A stretch of DNA of 61,863 nucleotides from Eubacteriales bacterium (GTDB lineage Bacteria > Bacillota > Clostridia > Oscillospirales > SIG627): positions 1-61,863 of the forward strand of contig JAZOQB010000035.1 of NCBI GenBank assembly GCA_045655865.1, given 5' to 3'. Below the pieces are notes generated by a model. The model worked only from the letters and a program-made list of their open reading frames with translations, ran no database searches and had not been told where the DNA came from. Shown one piece after another: positions 18,378 to 27,631 of this stretch. Every line of letters starts with the position of its first letter. Position 1 is the first letter of the stretch. The position numbers were made by a program, and so were the translations under genes.

Positions 18378-19187
18378 ATGAATACTTTTCAGGATAACTA
18401 CTTTGATTTTAAAATTAAAAGCGACTTGAATTTGCACTATTGCGGAAACCGAGAAGCATCCATTGACCACAGATACAAACATAAGCAGGCTGCATATTTG
18501 CTGACGTTTGTTGTTTCCGGTGAAGCGGTTCTCACGGTAAGGAATAAAAAATACGATTTATCCACGGGTGATTTTTGCACGTTCTTTCCCCGATCCAATG
18601 CATCATATATTACCAAATCCGGTGTTCCGTGGAGCATCAGATGGGTGACGCTAACGGGGGATCAACTGCAGGAATTATTGCCAATGTTGGGCTTTACGCC
18701 TGAAAATCCTATTATCAAGGTAGCAGACCCTTCGGAAATTGAAAGAATACTCGAAAAACTGTTTGTTGTTACACCGAAAGACGATTTGAGAAGCAAAATA
18801 TCGGCGTTGTCTTTGATTTACCAGTTATTTTCACAGCTGGCTAAATCTTCGGTTTCACCGATCAAAAATGAAGTAGTCGCGGATGCAGCGGAATATATTT
18901 CCCGTCACTATAACCGGGAATTAACCGTGGAATCACTTGCTCAACGAGCTTTTCTGAATGCAAACTATTTTTCGAAATTATTTACAGCCAATGTTGGAAT
19001 TACACCGCAGCAATTGATTATCAGAACACGAATGGAAAAGGCGAAGGAATTGCTTTTATATTCTGAGCTTTCAGCCGGAGAGATCGCATCGGCGGTTGGT
19101 TTTTCGGATGCACTGTATTTCAGTCGCGCTTTCAAAAAGTACACCGGTACCTCTCCGTCGGAATTCCGCAAACAAAAAACAAGGTGA
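18378..19187 (+). CDS. AraC-family transcriptional regulator (cupin-like N-domain)
   Basis: C-terminal double HTH (YFSKLF...G.TP...R.EKAKELL...IA..VGF.D..YFSR.FKK.TG.SP.EFR); ATG at 18378. Confidence 0.93.
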   Translation: MNTFQDNYFDFKIKSDLNLHYCGNREASIDHRYKHKQAAYLLTFVVSGEAVLTVRNKKYDLSTGDFCTFFPRSNASYITKSGVPWSIRWVTLTGDQLQELLPMLGFTPENPIIKVADPSEIERILEKLFVVTPKDDLRSKISALSLIYQLFSQLAKSSVSPIKNEVVADAAEYISRHYNRELTVESLAQRAFLNANYFSKLFTANVGITPQQLIIRTRMEKAKELLLYSELSAGEIASAVGFSDALYFSRAFKKYTGTSPSEFRKQKTR

Positions 19188-19213
19188 TGCGAAAGCATCG
19201 CCTTGCTTTTTTT
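19177..19213 (+). terminator. Terminator after AraC gene
   Basis: CAAGGTGATGC-GAAA-GCATCGCCTTG followed by T7. Confidence 0.7.
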
Positions 19214-19309
19214 GTATCAAAATTTTTAAAGAAAGAATGATTTGAATTGAAAGCATATCCATGCCCTGAATTGCAAACACTAATTTTATTAAAAATCGGA
19301 GGAAATGTT

Positions 19310-20617
19310 ATGCAATCGGTTTGGGGAAAAAGCACGTCAAAGGTGCATTTTGATGCGCTTTATGGAAGTCGATGTGTGGACGTTTTGATCATCGGCGGCG
19401 GGATCGCGGGTGTTTTGTGCGCTTACAAGTTAAAAAATGCGGGCGTGGATTGTGCGCTGGTGGAAGCGGCGGAGATCTGTGGCGGTGTTACGGGGAACAC
19501 CACGGCAAAGATCACATTACAGCACGGAGCGATCTTTGACAAAATGATACAACGCTTTGGGGCGGATAAGACTCGGTGTTATGTGGACGCACAGATCAAA
19601 GCGTGTAAGGAATATGCGCGGCTTTGTAAGAATATCGACTGTGACTACGAAACGAGAGATTCTTACGTTTATTCTTTCAACCAGAGATGGAAAATCGAAA
19701 AGGAAGTTGCTGCCCTTGAACGAGTTGGCGTGAAAGCTGGGTTTTCCAATGCACGGGAGCTTCCGTTTGCTGTTGCGGGAGCGGTTTGTGTCAAGAATCA
19801 AGCCCAGTTTCACCCTTTAAAATTTCTATATAGCATCGCTCAGGATCTTCCCATCTATGAGCATACCAAGGTGGTGGAGCTGATGCCCCATAAGGCCGTT
19901 ACAAACCTAGGCGAGATCACTTATAAAAAACTGATCGTAGCAACACATTTTCCGATCCTCAACAAGCACGGCCTGTATCCGCTCAAGCTCTATCAACACC
20001 GCTCGTACGTTTTAGCGCTTAAGGGCGCTTTCAATGTGGCCGGAATGTACGTTGACCAGTCCGACACGGGATTATCCTTTCGTACCTATGGCGACCTTTT
20101 GCTTCTTGGCGGAGGAGGGCATCGAACGGGAAAACAGGGCGGATGTTGGCGGGAGCTGGAAGATTTTGCAAGAAAGCATTACAAAAATGCACAGATCGTC
20201 GCGAAATGGGCAACTCAGGACTGTATGACGCTGGATGACGTGCCATACATTGGGCAGTATTCAAAATCCACACCCGATATGTTCGTGGCAACCGGTTTTA
20301 ACAAATGGGGAATGACAAATGCCATGGTTGCAGCCGATATTCTTTGCGATCTGGTGCGGGAAAAGACCAATCCGTACGCATCGTTTTTTTCGCCTTCTCG
20401 CACCGTTTGGCGCCCACAGCTTTTGGCCAATGCCTTGGAATCAACGATAGGACTTCTCACGCCAACCAAGCCGCGATGTCCGCATTTGGGTTGTGCACTC
20501 AAATTCAATCGCGCAGAGCATACCTGGGATTGCCCTTGCCACGGATCACGTTTTACAGAGCGCGGAGAGCTTATTGATAATCCCGCAACAGACGATCATC
20601 GGTCAATAGGGAAATAA
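19310..20617 (+). CDS. FAD-dependent oxidoreductase with C-terminal Rieske domain (YhfW-like)
   Basis: DVLIIGGGIAG, TGNTTAKIT, ATGFNKWGMT, CPHLGC...WDCPCHGSRF; RBS GGAGG. Confidence 0.92.
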   Translation: MQSVWGKSTSKVHFDALYGSRCVDVLIIGGGIAGVLCAYKLKNAGVDCALVEAAEICGGVTGNTTAKITLQHGAIFDKMIQRFGADKTRCYVDAQIKACKEYARLCKNIDCDYETRDSYVYSFNQRWKIEKEVAALERVGVKAGFSNARELPFAVAGAVCVKNQAQFHPLKFLYSIAQDLPIYEHTKVVELMPHKAVTNLGEITYKKLIVATHFPILNKHGLYPLKLYQHRSYVLALKGAFNVAGMYVDQSDTGLSFRTYGDLLLLGGGGHRTGKQGGCWRELEDFARKHYKNAQIVAKWATQDCMTLDDVPYIGQYSKSTPDMFVATGFNKWGMTNAMVAADILCDLVREKTNPYASFFSPSRTVWRPQLLANALESTIGLLTPTKPRCPHLGCALKFNRAEHTWDCPCHGSRFTERGELIDNPATDDHRSIGK

Positions 20618-21030
20618 ATATTTCACCGACAAGCAAAAAAAAATCTTGTCGGTGGTTCATTTCATTTCTTGCTGTTAAAGTTTAGTTACTCAAGTAAAAC
20701 AAAAAATCCGAACGCTTCTCCAAGTAAGAGGATGTTCGGATTATTTTTATGTGGCGAGGTTTTTTTAATGGATTTGAGAAAGCCAAACCTTAAAACCCAC
20801 CATCAAACGTATATTCAAACCGTATGAAAGCGGCACATTGGTGTTTTCGAAAACAATGGTTTTCCAAATAGAAAAAATATCAAAAAAAAGAAATTTTTCA
20901 ACAAAAAACATTGAAATCATGCTATTTTATCATGTTTATATTGATATGTTTGAAAAAATATAATAAAATAATTTCACTGAATGCAAGATTTTTTGCATAA
21001 AAAACAAAATGATTCATAGGATGGGGAAAA

Positions 21031-21687
21031 ATGATTGGAGTGATACCATTGAATTTACAGCAGGTTGCATTCCGTTTGTGTTTGGCAGTAGTGATGGGAC
21101 TTTTGATCGGAATGGAGCGCGCAAAGCACGGCAGAGCTGCCGGAATGCGCACCCACGTCCTTGTTTGCCTCGGTGCGACGATCACCGCCATGACAGGTGT
21201 GTTTGCCCATTCGGTCTTTGGCGGCGGTGATGTTACAAGAATTTCGGCGCAGGTCATCAGTGGGGTTGGTTTTTTGGGCGCCGGAATGATCATTTTGAAA
21301 AATGATAATATGATTACCGGCCTCACAACGGCGGCCGGTGTATGGGCAACTGCAACCCTCGGAATCGCTGTGGGATACGGTTTTTACAGTGTTGCTGTGA
21401 TCGCCACCGCACTGTTTTTAATTACGCTGATGCTCTTTTCCAAGTTTGAGAGAAGAAAGAAAAACACCGAGGTGATTTATCTTGAAATCTCGGATATGAA
21501 AAGGCTCAATGCACTTATGGAAGAAATTCGCGAAAAAATTCCGAAAGAGCTGACCTTTCGTGTTCTTCCGCCGAAAAGCGGCATGACCGGACACATCGGT
21601 CTGGAGCTTGTCATGGATCGCAGAAAAGCGCCCGGTGTAGATGTATTTTTAGAGCTTGAAAGCGTTGTTTTTGCATTGGAGATCTAA
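21031..21687 (+). CDS. MgtC/SapB-family membrane protein
   Basis: IGMER....RAAGMRTH.LV, RISAQVISGVGFLGAG.I, GLTTAA.VW; start codon uncertain. Confidence 0.92.
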   Translation: MIGVIPLNLQQVAFRLCLAVVMGLLIGMERAKHGRAAGMRTHVLVCLGATITAMTGVFAHSVFGGGDVTRISAQVISGVGFLGAGMIILKNDNMITGLTTAAGVWATATLGIAVGYGFYSVAVIATALFLITLMLFSKFERRKKNTEVIYLEISDMKRLNALMEEIREKIPKELTFRVLPPKSGMTGHIGLELVMDRRKAPGVDVFLELESVVFALEI

Positions 21688-21919
21688 AAAACGAGGAAAG
21701 ATTGCAAAAAGAAAAATCCCGTTGAAACTTTTGTTTCAACGGGATTTTTATCATCTCGGTAGTTTCGCTGGATTCTACAAAACCTAAAGTGTCTTGATGC
21801 ATTTTTTGCAAAACTAAGTTGTTTTGGTGCAAAGCTGAAAAGTTTGGCGCATATTTGGCTTATGTTTGCATTTAGGGTGCGTTTTCATATTGCATCGGTC
21901 AGCTTTTGTTGTTTGTCTA

Positions 21920-21949
21920 TTGACTTTACCGTTTTTTTTGCGTTATAAT
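21920..21949 (+). promoter_or_regulatory. sigma-A-like promoter of the nucleotide-sugar operon
   Basis: TTGACT-18bp-TATAAT, about 275 nt upstream of the ATG. Confidence 0.6.
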
Positions 21950-22225
21950 AATTCAGAATAATGGGTTGGTGTAACTTGTTGCTCCGGAGTCATTACTGGA
22001 ACTTTTTTGAATCTTGCAACAATCTGGTTGAAAAAGAAAAAGTCCATGTTGCCGTGGCGTGGGTTGAAAAGAAACCGCACGATTTCGCGGTGCGATGCGT
22101 AACCCAAATTGTTTAATATCTTGGATGGTTTATACCTTGAAAAGAGGCTCGGGGATTGGGAGTCTGGGAAGATAAAAGTAACAGTTGATAAAATAAAAAT
22201 GGATACAAAAAGAGAGGGTTAAAAA

Positions 22226-23536
22226 ATGTCACTCTATGAAAAGATCCTAAACAAAAAAGAAACGATCTCACTTGTAGGACTAGGTTATGTTGGTATGCCT
22301 ATTGCGGTTGCTTTCGCAAGGAAAGTCAAGGTTATCGGTTATGATCTTAACGAAAAGAAAATTGAAGCTTACAAAGCCGGTATAGACCCCACCAACGAAG
22401 TTGGAGATGAAGTTATTAAGAATACGACTGTTGAATTCACCTTCGACGAAACCAGACTTCGCGATGCAAAATTCCATATTGTAGCTGTTCCGACTCCCGT
22501 ATATGACGATCATACTCCGGATTTGACTCCTGTCGAGGGGGCGAGCCGTATTCTTGGTAGAAATCTAACCAAGGGTTCTATTGTTGTTTATGAATCTACT
22601 GTTTATCCTGGAGTAACAGAGGATGTTTGTGTTCCGATACTTGAAAAAGAATCCGGATTGAAATGCGGAGTTGATTTCAAGGTGGGGTATTCTCCCGAGC
22701 GAATCAATCCCGGAGATAAAGTACATCGCCTTGAAACCATCGTGAAAATCGTTTCCGGTATGGATGATGAAACGCTTGACGAGATTGCCAAAGTTTATGA
22801 GCTTGTTGTTGATGCAGGGGTCCACAGAGCCTCTTGTATTAAAGTGGCAGAAGCGGCAAAAGTTATTGAGAATAGTCAGCGCGACATCAATATCGCTTTT
22901 ATGAACGAACTTTCGATTATTTTTAACAAGCTTGGAATTGATACAAAATCTGTGCTCGAAGCAGCCGGAACCAAATGGAATTTTTTGAAATTCTATCCCG
23001 GTCTTGTTGGCGGACATTGCATCGGTGTGGATCCCTACTATCTTACGTACAAAGCAGAGCAAGTCGGATATCATAGCCAAGTAATCCTTTCGGGTCGCCG
23101 TATTAATGATGATATGGGAAAATATATTGCTGAAAACGCAGTTAAGAACCTCATCAGGTCTGGCAAGGCTGTGAAAAATGCGAGAATTGCTATTTTGGGC
23201 TTTACATTTAAGGAAAATTGCCCTGATACAAGAAATACCAAGATTTTTGATATCGTAAAAGAACTCAGGGAATATGGAATTGAGCCGGTTATCGCAGACC
23301 CCACAGCGGACGCTGCCGAGGCTAAGCATCTCTACGGTGTTGAGTTTGTAGAGATTGATACCATTCAAAATATGGATGCCGTTGTGCTCGCTGTAGCGCA
23401 CGAAGAATTTGCACGTTTTACTATGGATAGGATGAACTCTTTCTTCGCGGAAGGACAAAAAGTTCTACTTGATATCAAGGGCTTGCTTAACAGGAAAGAA
23501 TACGAAAATGCAGGCTATTTATACTGGAGACTTTAA
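22226..23536 (+). CDS. UDP-N-acetylhexosamine 6-dehydrogenase (WbpO/TviB-like nucleotide sugar dehydrogenase)
   Basis: GLGYVG, ESTVYPG, SPERINPGD, AEAAKVIENSQRD, GGHCIGVDPYYL, GFTFKENCPD.RNTK. Confidence 0.95.
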   Translation: MSLYEKILNKKETISLVGLGYVGMPIAVAFARKVKVIGYDLNEKKIEAYKAGIDPTNEVGDEVIKNTTVEFTFDETRLRDAKFHIVAVPTPVYDDHTPDLTPVEGASRILGRNLTKGSIVVYESTVYPGVTEDVCVPILEKESGLKCGVDFKVGYSPERINPGDKVHRLETIVKIVSGMDDETLDEIAKVYELVVDAGVHRASCIKVAEAAKVIENSQRDINIAFMNELSIIFNKLGIDTKSVLEAAGTKWNFLKFYPGLVGGHCIGVDPYYLTYKAEQVGYHSQVILSGRRINDDMGKYIAENAVKNLIRSGKAVKNARIAILGFTFKENCPDTRNTKIFDIVKELREYGIEPVIADPTADAAEAKHLYGVEFVEIDTIQNMDAVVLAVAHEEFARFTMDRMNSFFAEGQKVLLDIKGLLNRKEYENAGYLYWRL

Positions 23537-23678
23537 TGTGTTAAGATTTCCCGAGAACGTTTTGTTCCTTGTTACGGGCGGCAGCGCAATACGGGAAATA
23601 TTTGACTATTATAAAAAGAGTAGTGCTGACGGAGTTGTTTTGTGGAAAAAGCCAGTCTTGGATCAAAGAAAATCATGA
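23536..23678 (+). pseudogene. Remnant of an NAD-dependent epimerase (WbpP/TviC-like)
   Basis: The TAATG-coupled ATG gives M-C-stop; a shifted frame reads RFPENVLFLVTGG then breaks off before the rest of the GxxGxxG motif. Confidence 0.6.
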
Positions 23679-23729
23679 AGCAATTTCTTCATTAGGTAAA
23701 TTAAAAGAAATTGCAGAGGAGAAAGAAAT

Positions 23730-24899
23730 ATGAAAATAGTTCATGTTTGTTTGGGATGCTTCTACGTTGAGCATATGTCATACCAAGAAAATATCTTGCC
23801 AAAATTTCATAAGCTTCAGGGACATGATGTGTCGATCATTGCTTCTCAGCATTCCTTTGATCATAACTACAGAAACAAACAGCGTGAAATCGGCCTCTTT
23901 ATAAACGAAGATGGTATTCCTGTTACTATCGTTGGTTATTCAAAATTTCCTTTTTGGGGGAGATTTCTCAGGTTTTACCCTGATCTATACAAGGAGCTCG
24001 AATCAAAGTCTCCGGATATCATTTTTGTACACGGTCCTCAGTTTTTTGGGAACACTCATTTAAATAAATACAAAAAACATCATCCTGCGGTTAGAATTAT
24101 CTGTGATAACCATTCTGACTATATCAATACTCCCATAAAACCCCTTAAATATTTTATTCTGAATAAGCTCCTTTGGCCTACTGCCGTGCGAAATGTGCGG
24201 AATACCGCGGATTTCTTTTGGGGCGTTACGCCTTTGAGAGTTCAATATTTACAAGAGATTTATAAGATACCCAAGAAAAAAACAGGGCTTTTAATTATGG
24301 GCGGAGACGATTCTTTGATTAACTTTAATCAAAAGAAGCAATATCGTTCAACCTTGTGCAGAGAATTGAAGATCAATGAGGATGATTTTATTATTGTTAC
24401 GGGAGGAAAAATAAATTTTGCTAAACGGACGGCAGAACTGGTGCAGGCCGTATTGAAATTAAATAACCCCAAGGTGCATTTGATCGTTTTTGGGGAATTT
24501 CCTCCTGAAATGAATGATGTGAAAAAAATGAGTGAAGAATCAACCAATATTCATACCGTCGGTTGGATAGATTCTTCCCGAGTATATTATTATTTTCTTG
24601 CTAGCGATCTCGGGTGTTTTCCAGGCACGCATTCTGTGCTTTGGGAACAAGCGGTCGCAAGCGGACTGCCGTGCATTTTTAGAAAATGGGAAGGAATGGA
24701 TCATGTTTTGGTTGACAATAATTGTGTGTTGATAGAAACATATGATGTTGATGACTTAAAGAAGCATTTAATGAGATTTGTAAATGATCCCGTATATTAC
24801 AGTGCGTTTAAAGAAGGTGCAGAACATTCGAAAGTAAATTTCTTATATTCAGAAATAGCAAAAAAAGCAATTGATATACCAGAGGTTTGCCTGGACTAG
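23730..24899 (+). CDS. Glycosyltransferase family 4 (GT-B)
   Basis: GHDVSIIAS, PDIIFVH, VTGGKI...KR, ASDLGCFP..HSVLWEQA.ASGLP; AT-rich. Confidence 0.88.
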   Translation: MKIVHVCLGCFYVEHMSYQENILPKFHKLQGHDVSIIASQHSFDHNYRNKQREIGLFINEDGIPVTIVGYSKFPFWGRFLRFYPDLYKELESKSPDIIFVHGPQFFGNTHLNKYKKHHPAVRIICDNHSDYINTPIKPLKYFILNKLLWPTAVRNVRNTADFFWGVTPLRVQYLQEIYKIPKKKTGLLIMGGDDSLINFNQKKQYRSTLCRELKINEDDFIIVTGGKINFAKRTAELVQAVLKLNNPKVHLIVFGEFPPEMNDVKKMSEESTNIHTVGWIDSSRVYYYFLASDLGCFPGTHSVLWEQAVASGLPCIFRKWEGMDHVLVDNNCVLIETYDVDDLKKHLMRFVNDPVYYSAFKEGAEHSKVNFLYSEIAKKAIDIPEVCLD

Positions 24900-25002
24900 A
24901 GAAAATGCAGGAGGTTCGCGCGGATAGTCAAACCTTCACTGATAAGAAAACTAAATATCAAAGTATAAAGTTAAACAGAAAGATGGAAAGTAAATTAACA
25001 GT

Positions 25003-26055
25003 ATGAGTATTTCGGTGTTTACAAACAAAACCCTTTTAATCACCGGCGGAACCGGGTCCTTCGGCAATGCCGTGCTCAATCGTTTCCTGCGCACGGATAT
25101 CGGCGAGATCAGGATTTTTTCGCGCGATGAGAAAAAGCAGGATGATATTCGACATGAATTTCAAGCGAAGATGCCTGAGGTGGCAGAAAAAATCAAATTC
25201 TATATCGGCGATGTACGCGACATCCAGTCGATTCGCAACGCTATGCATAGTGTAGACTACATATTTCACGCGGCAGCGCTTAAGCAAGTTCCTTCCTGTG
25301 AGTTCTTTCCGATTGAAGCTGTTAAGACCAACGTTCTCGGTACTGAAAACCTTCTGACTGCAGCTATCGAAGCAGGGGTTAAAAATATCGTTTGTCTTTC
25401 TACCGATAAAGCGGCATACCCTGTAAACGCAATGGGCATATCCAAAGCCATGATGGAAAAGGTTATCGTTGCAAAATCCCGTACAGTTGATCCTGCCAAG
25501 ACAAAGATCTGCTGCACTCGTTACGGTAACGTTATGTGCTCACGTGGTTCGGTCATTCCGCTTTGGATCGATCAGATCAAAGCAGGTAACCCCATCACCA
25601 TTACCGATGGATCCATGACTCGCTTCATTATGTCTCTTGATGAGGCGGTTGACCTCGTTCTGTTCGCATTTGAGCACGGAACAAACGGAGATATCCTTGT
25701 TCAAAAGGCTCCTGCCTGCACCATCCAGACTCAGGCTGAGGCTGTTTGTGAGCTCTTTGGCGGCGACAAGAACAACATCAAGGTTATCGGCATTCGTCAC
25801 GGTGAAAAGATGTACGAAACCCTCCTCACCAACGAAGAATGCGCAAACGCTATTGATATGGGCAATTTCTACCGTGTTCCCAGCGACAAACGCGGACTTA
25901 ACTACGATAAATATTTTAACCAGGGTGACGTTGAGCGCAATACTCTTACTGAATTTAACTCTCACAACACCCAGCTTATTAATGTAGAACAGACCAAAGA
26001 AAAGATCGCTTCTTTGGCATACATTCAGGAAGAACTTGCTAAAATGGGTAGATAA
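25003..26055 (+). CDS. UDP-GlcNAc 4,6-dehydratase/epimerase (FnlA/CapE/WbjB-like)
   Basis: TGGTGSFG, FSRDEKKQ, HAAALKQVPSCEFFP, STDKAAYPVNAMG.SKA, RYGNVM.SRGSV, GIRHGEK. Confidence 0.94.
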   Translation: MSISVFTNKTLLITGGTGSFGNAVLNRFLRTDIGEIRIFSRDEKKQDDIRHEFQAKMPEVAEKIKFYIGDVRDIQSIRNAMHSVDYIFHAAALKQVPSCEFFPIEAVKTNVLGTENLLTAAIEAGVKNIVCLSTDKAAYPVNAMGISKAMMEKVIVAKSRTVDPAKTKICCTRYGNVMCSRGSVIPLWIDQIKAGNPITITDGSMTRFIMSLDEAVDLVLFAFEHGTNGDILVQKAPACTIQTQAEAVCELFGGDKNNIKVIGIRHGEKMYETLLTNEECANAIDMGNFYRVPSDKRGLNYDKYFNQGDVERNTLTEFNSHNTQLINVEQTKEKIASLAYIQEELAKMGR

Positions 26056-26066
26056 GGAACACCGAA

Positions 26067-26156
26067 ATGAAGATCTTTATCACCGGTGCTGCCGGATTGG
26101 CCGGAAACCTAGTGTACGCTTTCAAACCAACCCGCAACACGAGGCAGAAAATATAA
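26067..26156 (+). pseudogene. Truncated N-terminus of an NAD-dependent epimerase/reductase (FnlB/CapF-like)
   Basis: RBS AAGGA plus ATG; MKIFITGAAGLAGNLV... stops after 29 aa; sits where fnlB normally follows fnlA. Confidence 0.62.
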
Positions 26157-26345
26157 AAATGAAGAACCCCGATACGCAGACGCACCATACGGTATCGACA
26201 TCCCAAATGGTAAAAAACACCTAATTTATAGGCGTTTCCGGTTATTTCTAACCCTTTTCGCTAAAAAAACAGATGCTTTCCGGCTTTTCTTTCTCCGCTG
26301 TTTTTGTGTACGACCGTCGTGTCTGTGGAATAAACTTTGGTCAAG

Positions 26346-26391
26346 CAAAACACCCCGAATGCAGCTTTCCGCCGCATCCGAGGTGCTTTTT
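26346..26391. terminator. Terminator downstream of the 304-aa gene
   Basis: AAAACACCCCGAATGC...GCATCCGAGGTGCTTTT imperfect stem. Confidence 0.5.
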
Positions 26392-26394
26392 GTA

Positions 26395-27309
26395 TTATTC
26401 TCCTTTGGCTTTGATCAAATTCCACGTGGCAAGAAAGTCTGGATTGACAACGATCTCTCCGGTGGAACGAAGCTTATACTCTCCTTGCCGTGCTCTTTTT
26501 GTGGAGCTTAGATCGGGGGGCAAAGTGAAATCCGTTCCGTCTTTTTGTTTAATGCGAATCAACTTCTTGTTTGCTTCTGTGACCGTTCCGTAAAACTGTT
26601 TTTGTTCGATATATTCATTATCGTGGGTATAATACGTAATCCCGACCAAGAGGACCTTGCCGATCAACTCATCGAAGGTTATTTCTTTTTCGGTATCCTT
26701 GTCATGTTCCTTTCGGGCTTCGTATAAGTACATTCCATATTCTTTGTAATCTTCGGGAATGTCATAGATCGTTTTGCCCGTTTCTTCTGAAACGTACAGC
26801 TCACATTCTCCCGGATGCAAAGGATCAAACGTATCCCAAGCGGTGACAAGGCTCTTAACCTTCTTAATCCCAAACTTCTTGAAAAACTCTCGATACGAAT
26901 CCGCGCTTTTGGTATAGATCGTCATCACGTTGTATTTGCCGAACAGAATCTCCTCGTGAGATTCGTGGCAACCGAAGCCGAAATGATTCATTCCGTCCAT
27001 GACAAGAAAACTACCGAGTGAATTCAGACAATCGATTGCCTGTTGGGCATTAAGACCGTCGATGAAATAAACGTCATAGTCGTCGTTTGCGTTCGTAAAG
27101 GTTTTTTCTGACGTGATCCCATCCTCGTTTTTGCAAGGAAGCTCCAAAATGAAAAACATAGGCTCGTTATGCATTTCAATAAAACGCCTCATCATATCAA
27201 TGACCTTTGAAGCGTTGATGTTGGCATAGATAGCAGTATCTTTTACTTCGTACTCTTCAAGAAGCTTTTCGGGAAACGGCACTTTGCAGCACTCTTTCAT
27301 TTCAAGCAT
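26395..27309 (-). CDS. Hypothetical protein, probable two-domain fusion
   Basis: 304-aa ORF, RBS GGAGG, extended -10 (TGATATAAT) upstream. Confidence 0.8.
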   Translation of the reverse strand: MLEMKECCKVPFPEKLLEEYEVKDTAIYANINASKVIDMMRRFIEMHNEPMFFILELPCKNEDGITSEKTFTNANDDYDVYFIDGLNAQQAIDCLNSLGSFLVMDGMNHFGFGCHESHEEILFGKYNVMTIYTKSADSYREFFKKFGIKKVKSLVTAWDTFDPLHPGECELYVSEETGKTIYDIPEDYKEYGMYLYEARKEHDKDTEKEITFDELIGKVLLVGITYYTHDNEYIEQKQFYGTVTEANKKLIRIKQKDGTDFTLPPDLSSTKRARQGEYKLRSTGEIVVNPDFLATWNLIKAKGE

Positions 27310-27582
27310 GGCGGAACCTCCTTTAACAATTTTTTGAATTATTATATCATAAGTATGCTTTTATTACAATGGCTGGTTTTTGTTGTATGGTAACTCTGTC
27401 CACCCAAAAGTCAAGGCCTTTCGCAGAACAAATTTTGCCCCGCAGTAGACAAAGAAAAAGAATTTTACGATGCGTATTGTCAAGTAAAAATCATTTTTAC
27501 TGACAATGTAAAAATGGTCAAAAACTGTGGTCAAAAAATTGCGAGATTTCTAAAAGTGGGGATAAAACACCTAGATAACAAT

Positions 27583-27631
27583 AAAAAATGACCTAAAGTG
27601 GAGATTAAATCTCTGCTTTAGGTCATTTTTA
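27583..27631 (-). terminator. Terminator of tRNA-Pro
   Basis: AAAAATGACCTAAAG...CTTTAGGTCATTTTT long stem directly after CCA. Confidence 0.7.

Noticed and set aside
20743..20760. ATTTTTATGTGGCGAG resembling the sequence at the tRNA-Pro 3' end (possible att duplicate)
   Set aside because: Match is too short and mostly AT-rich; cannot be supported as an att site
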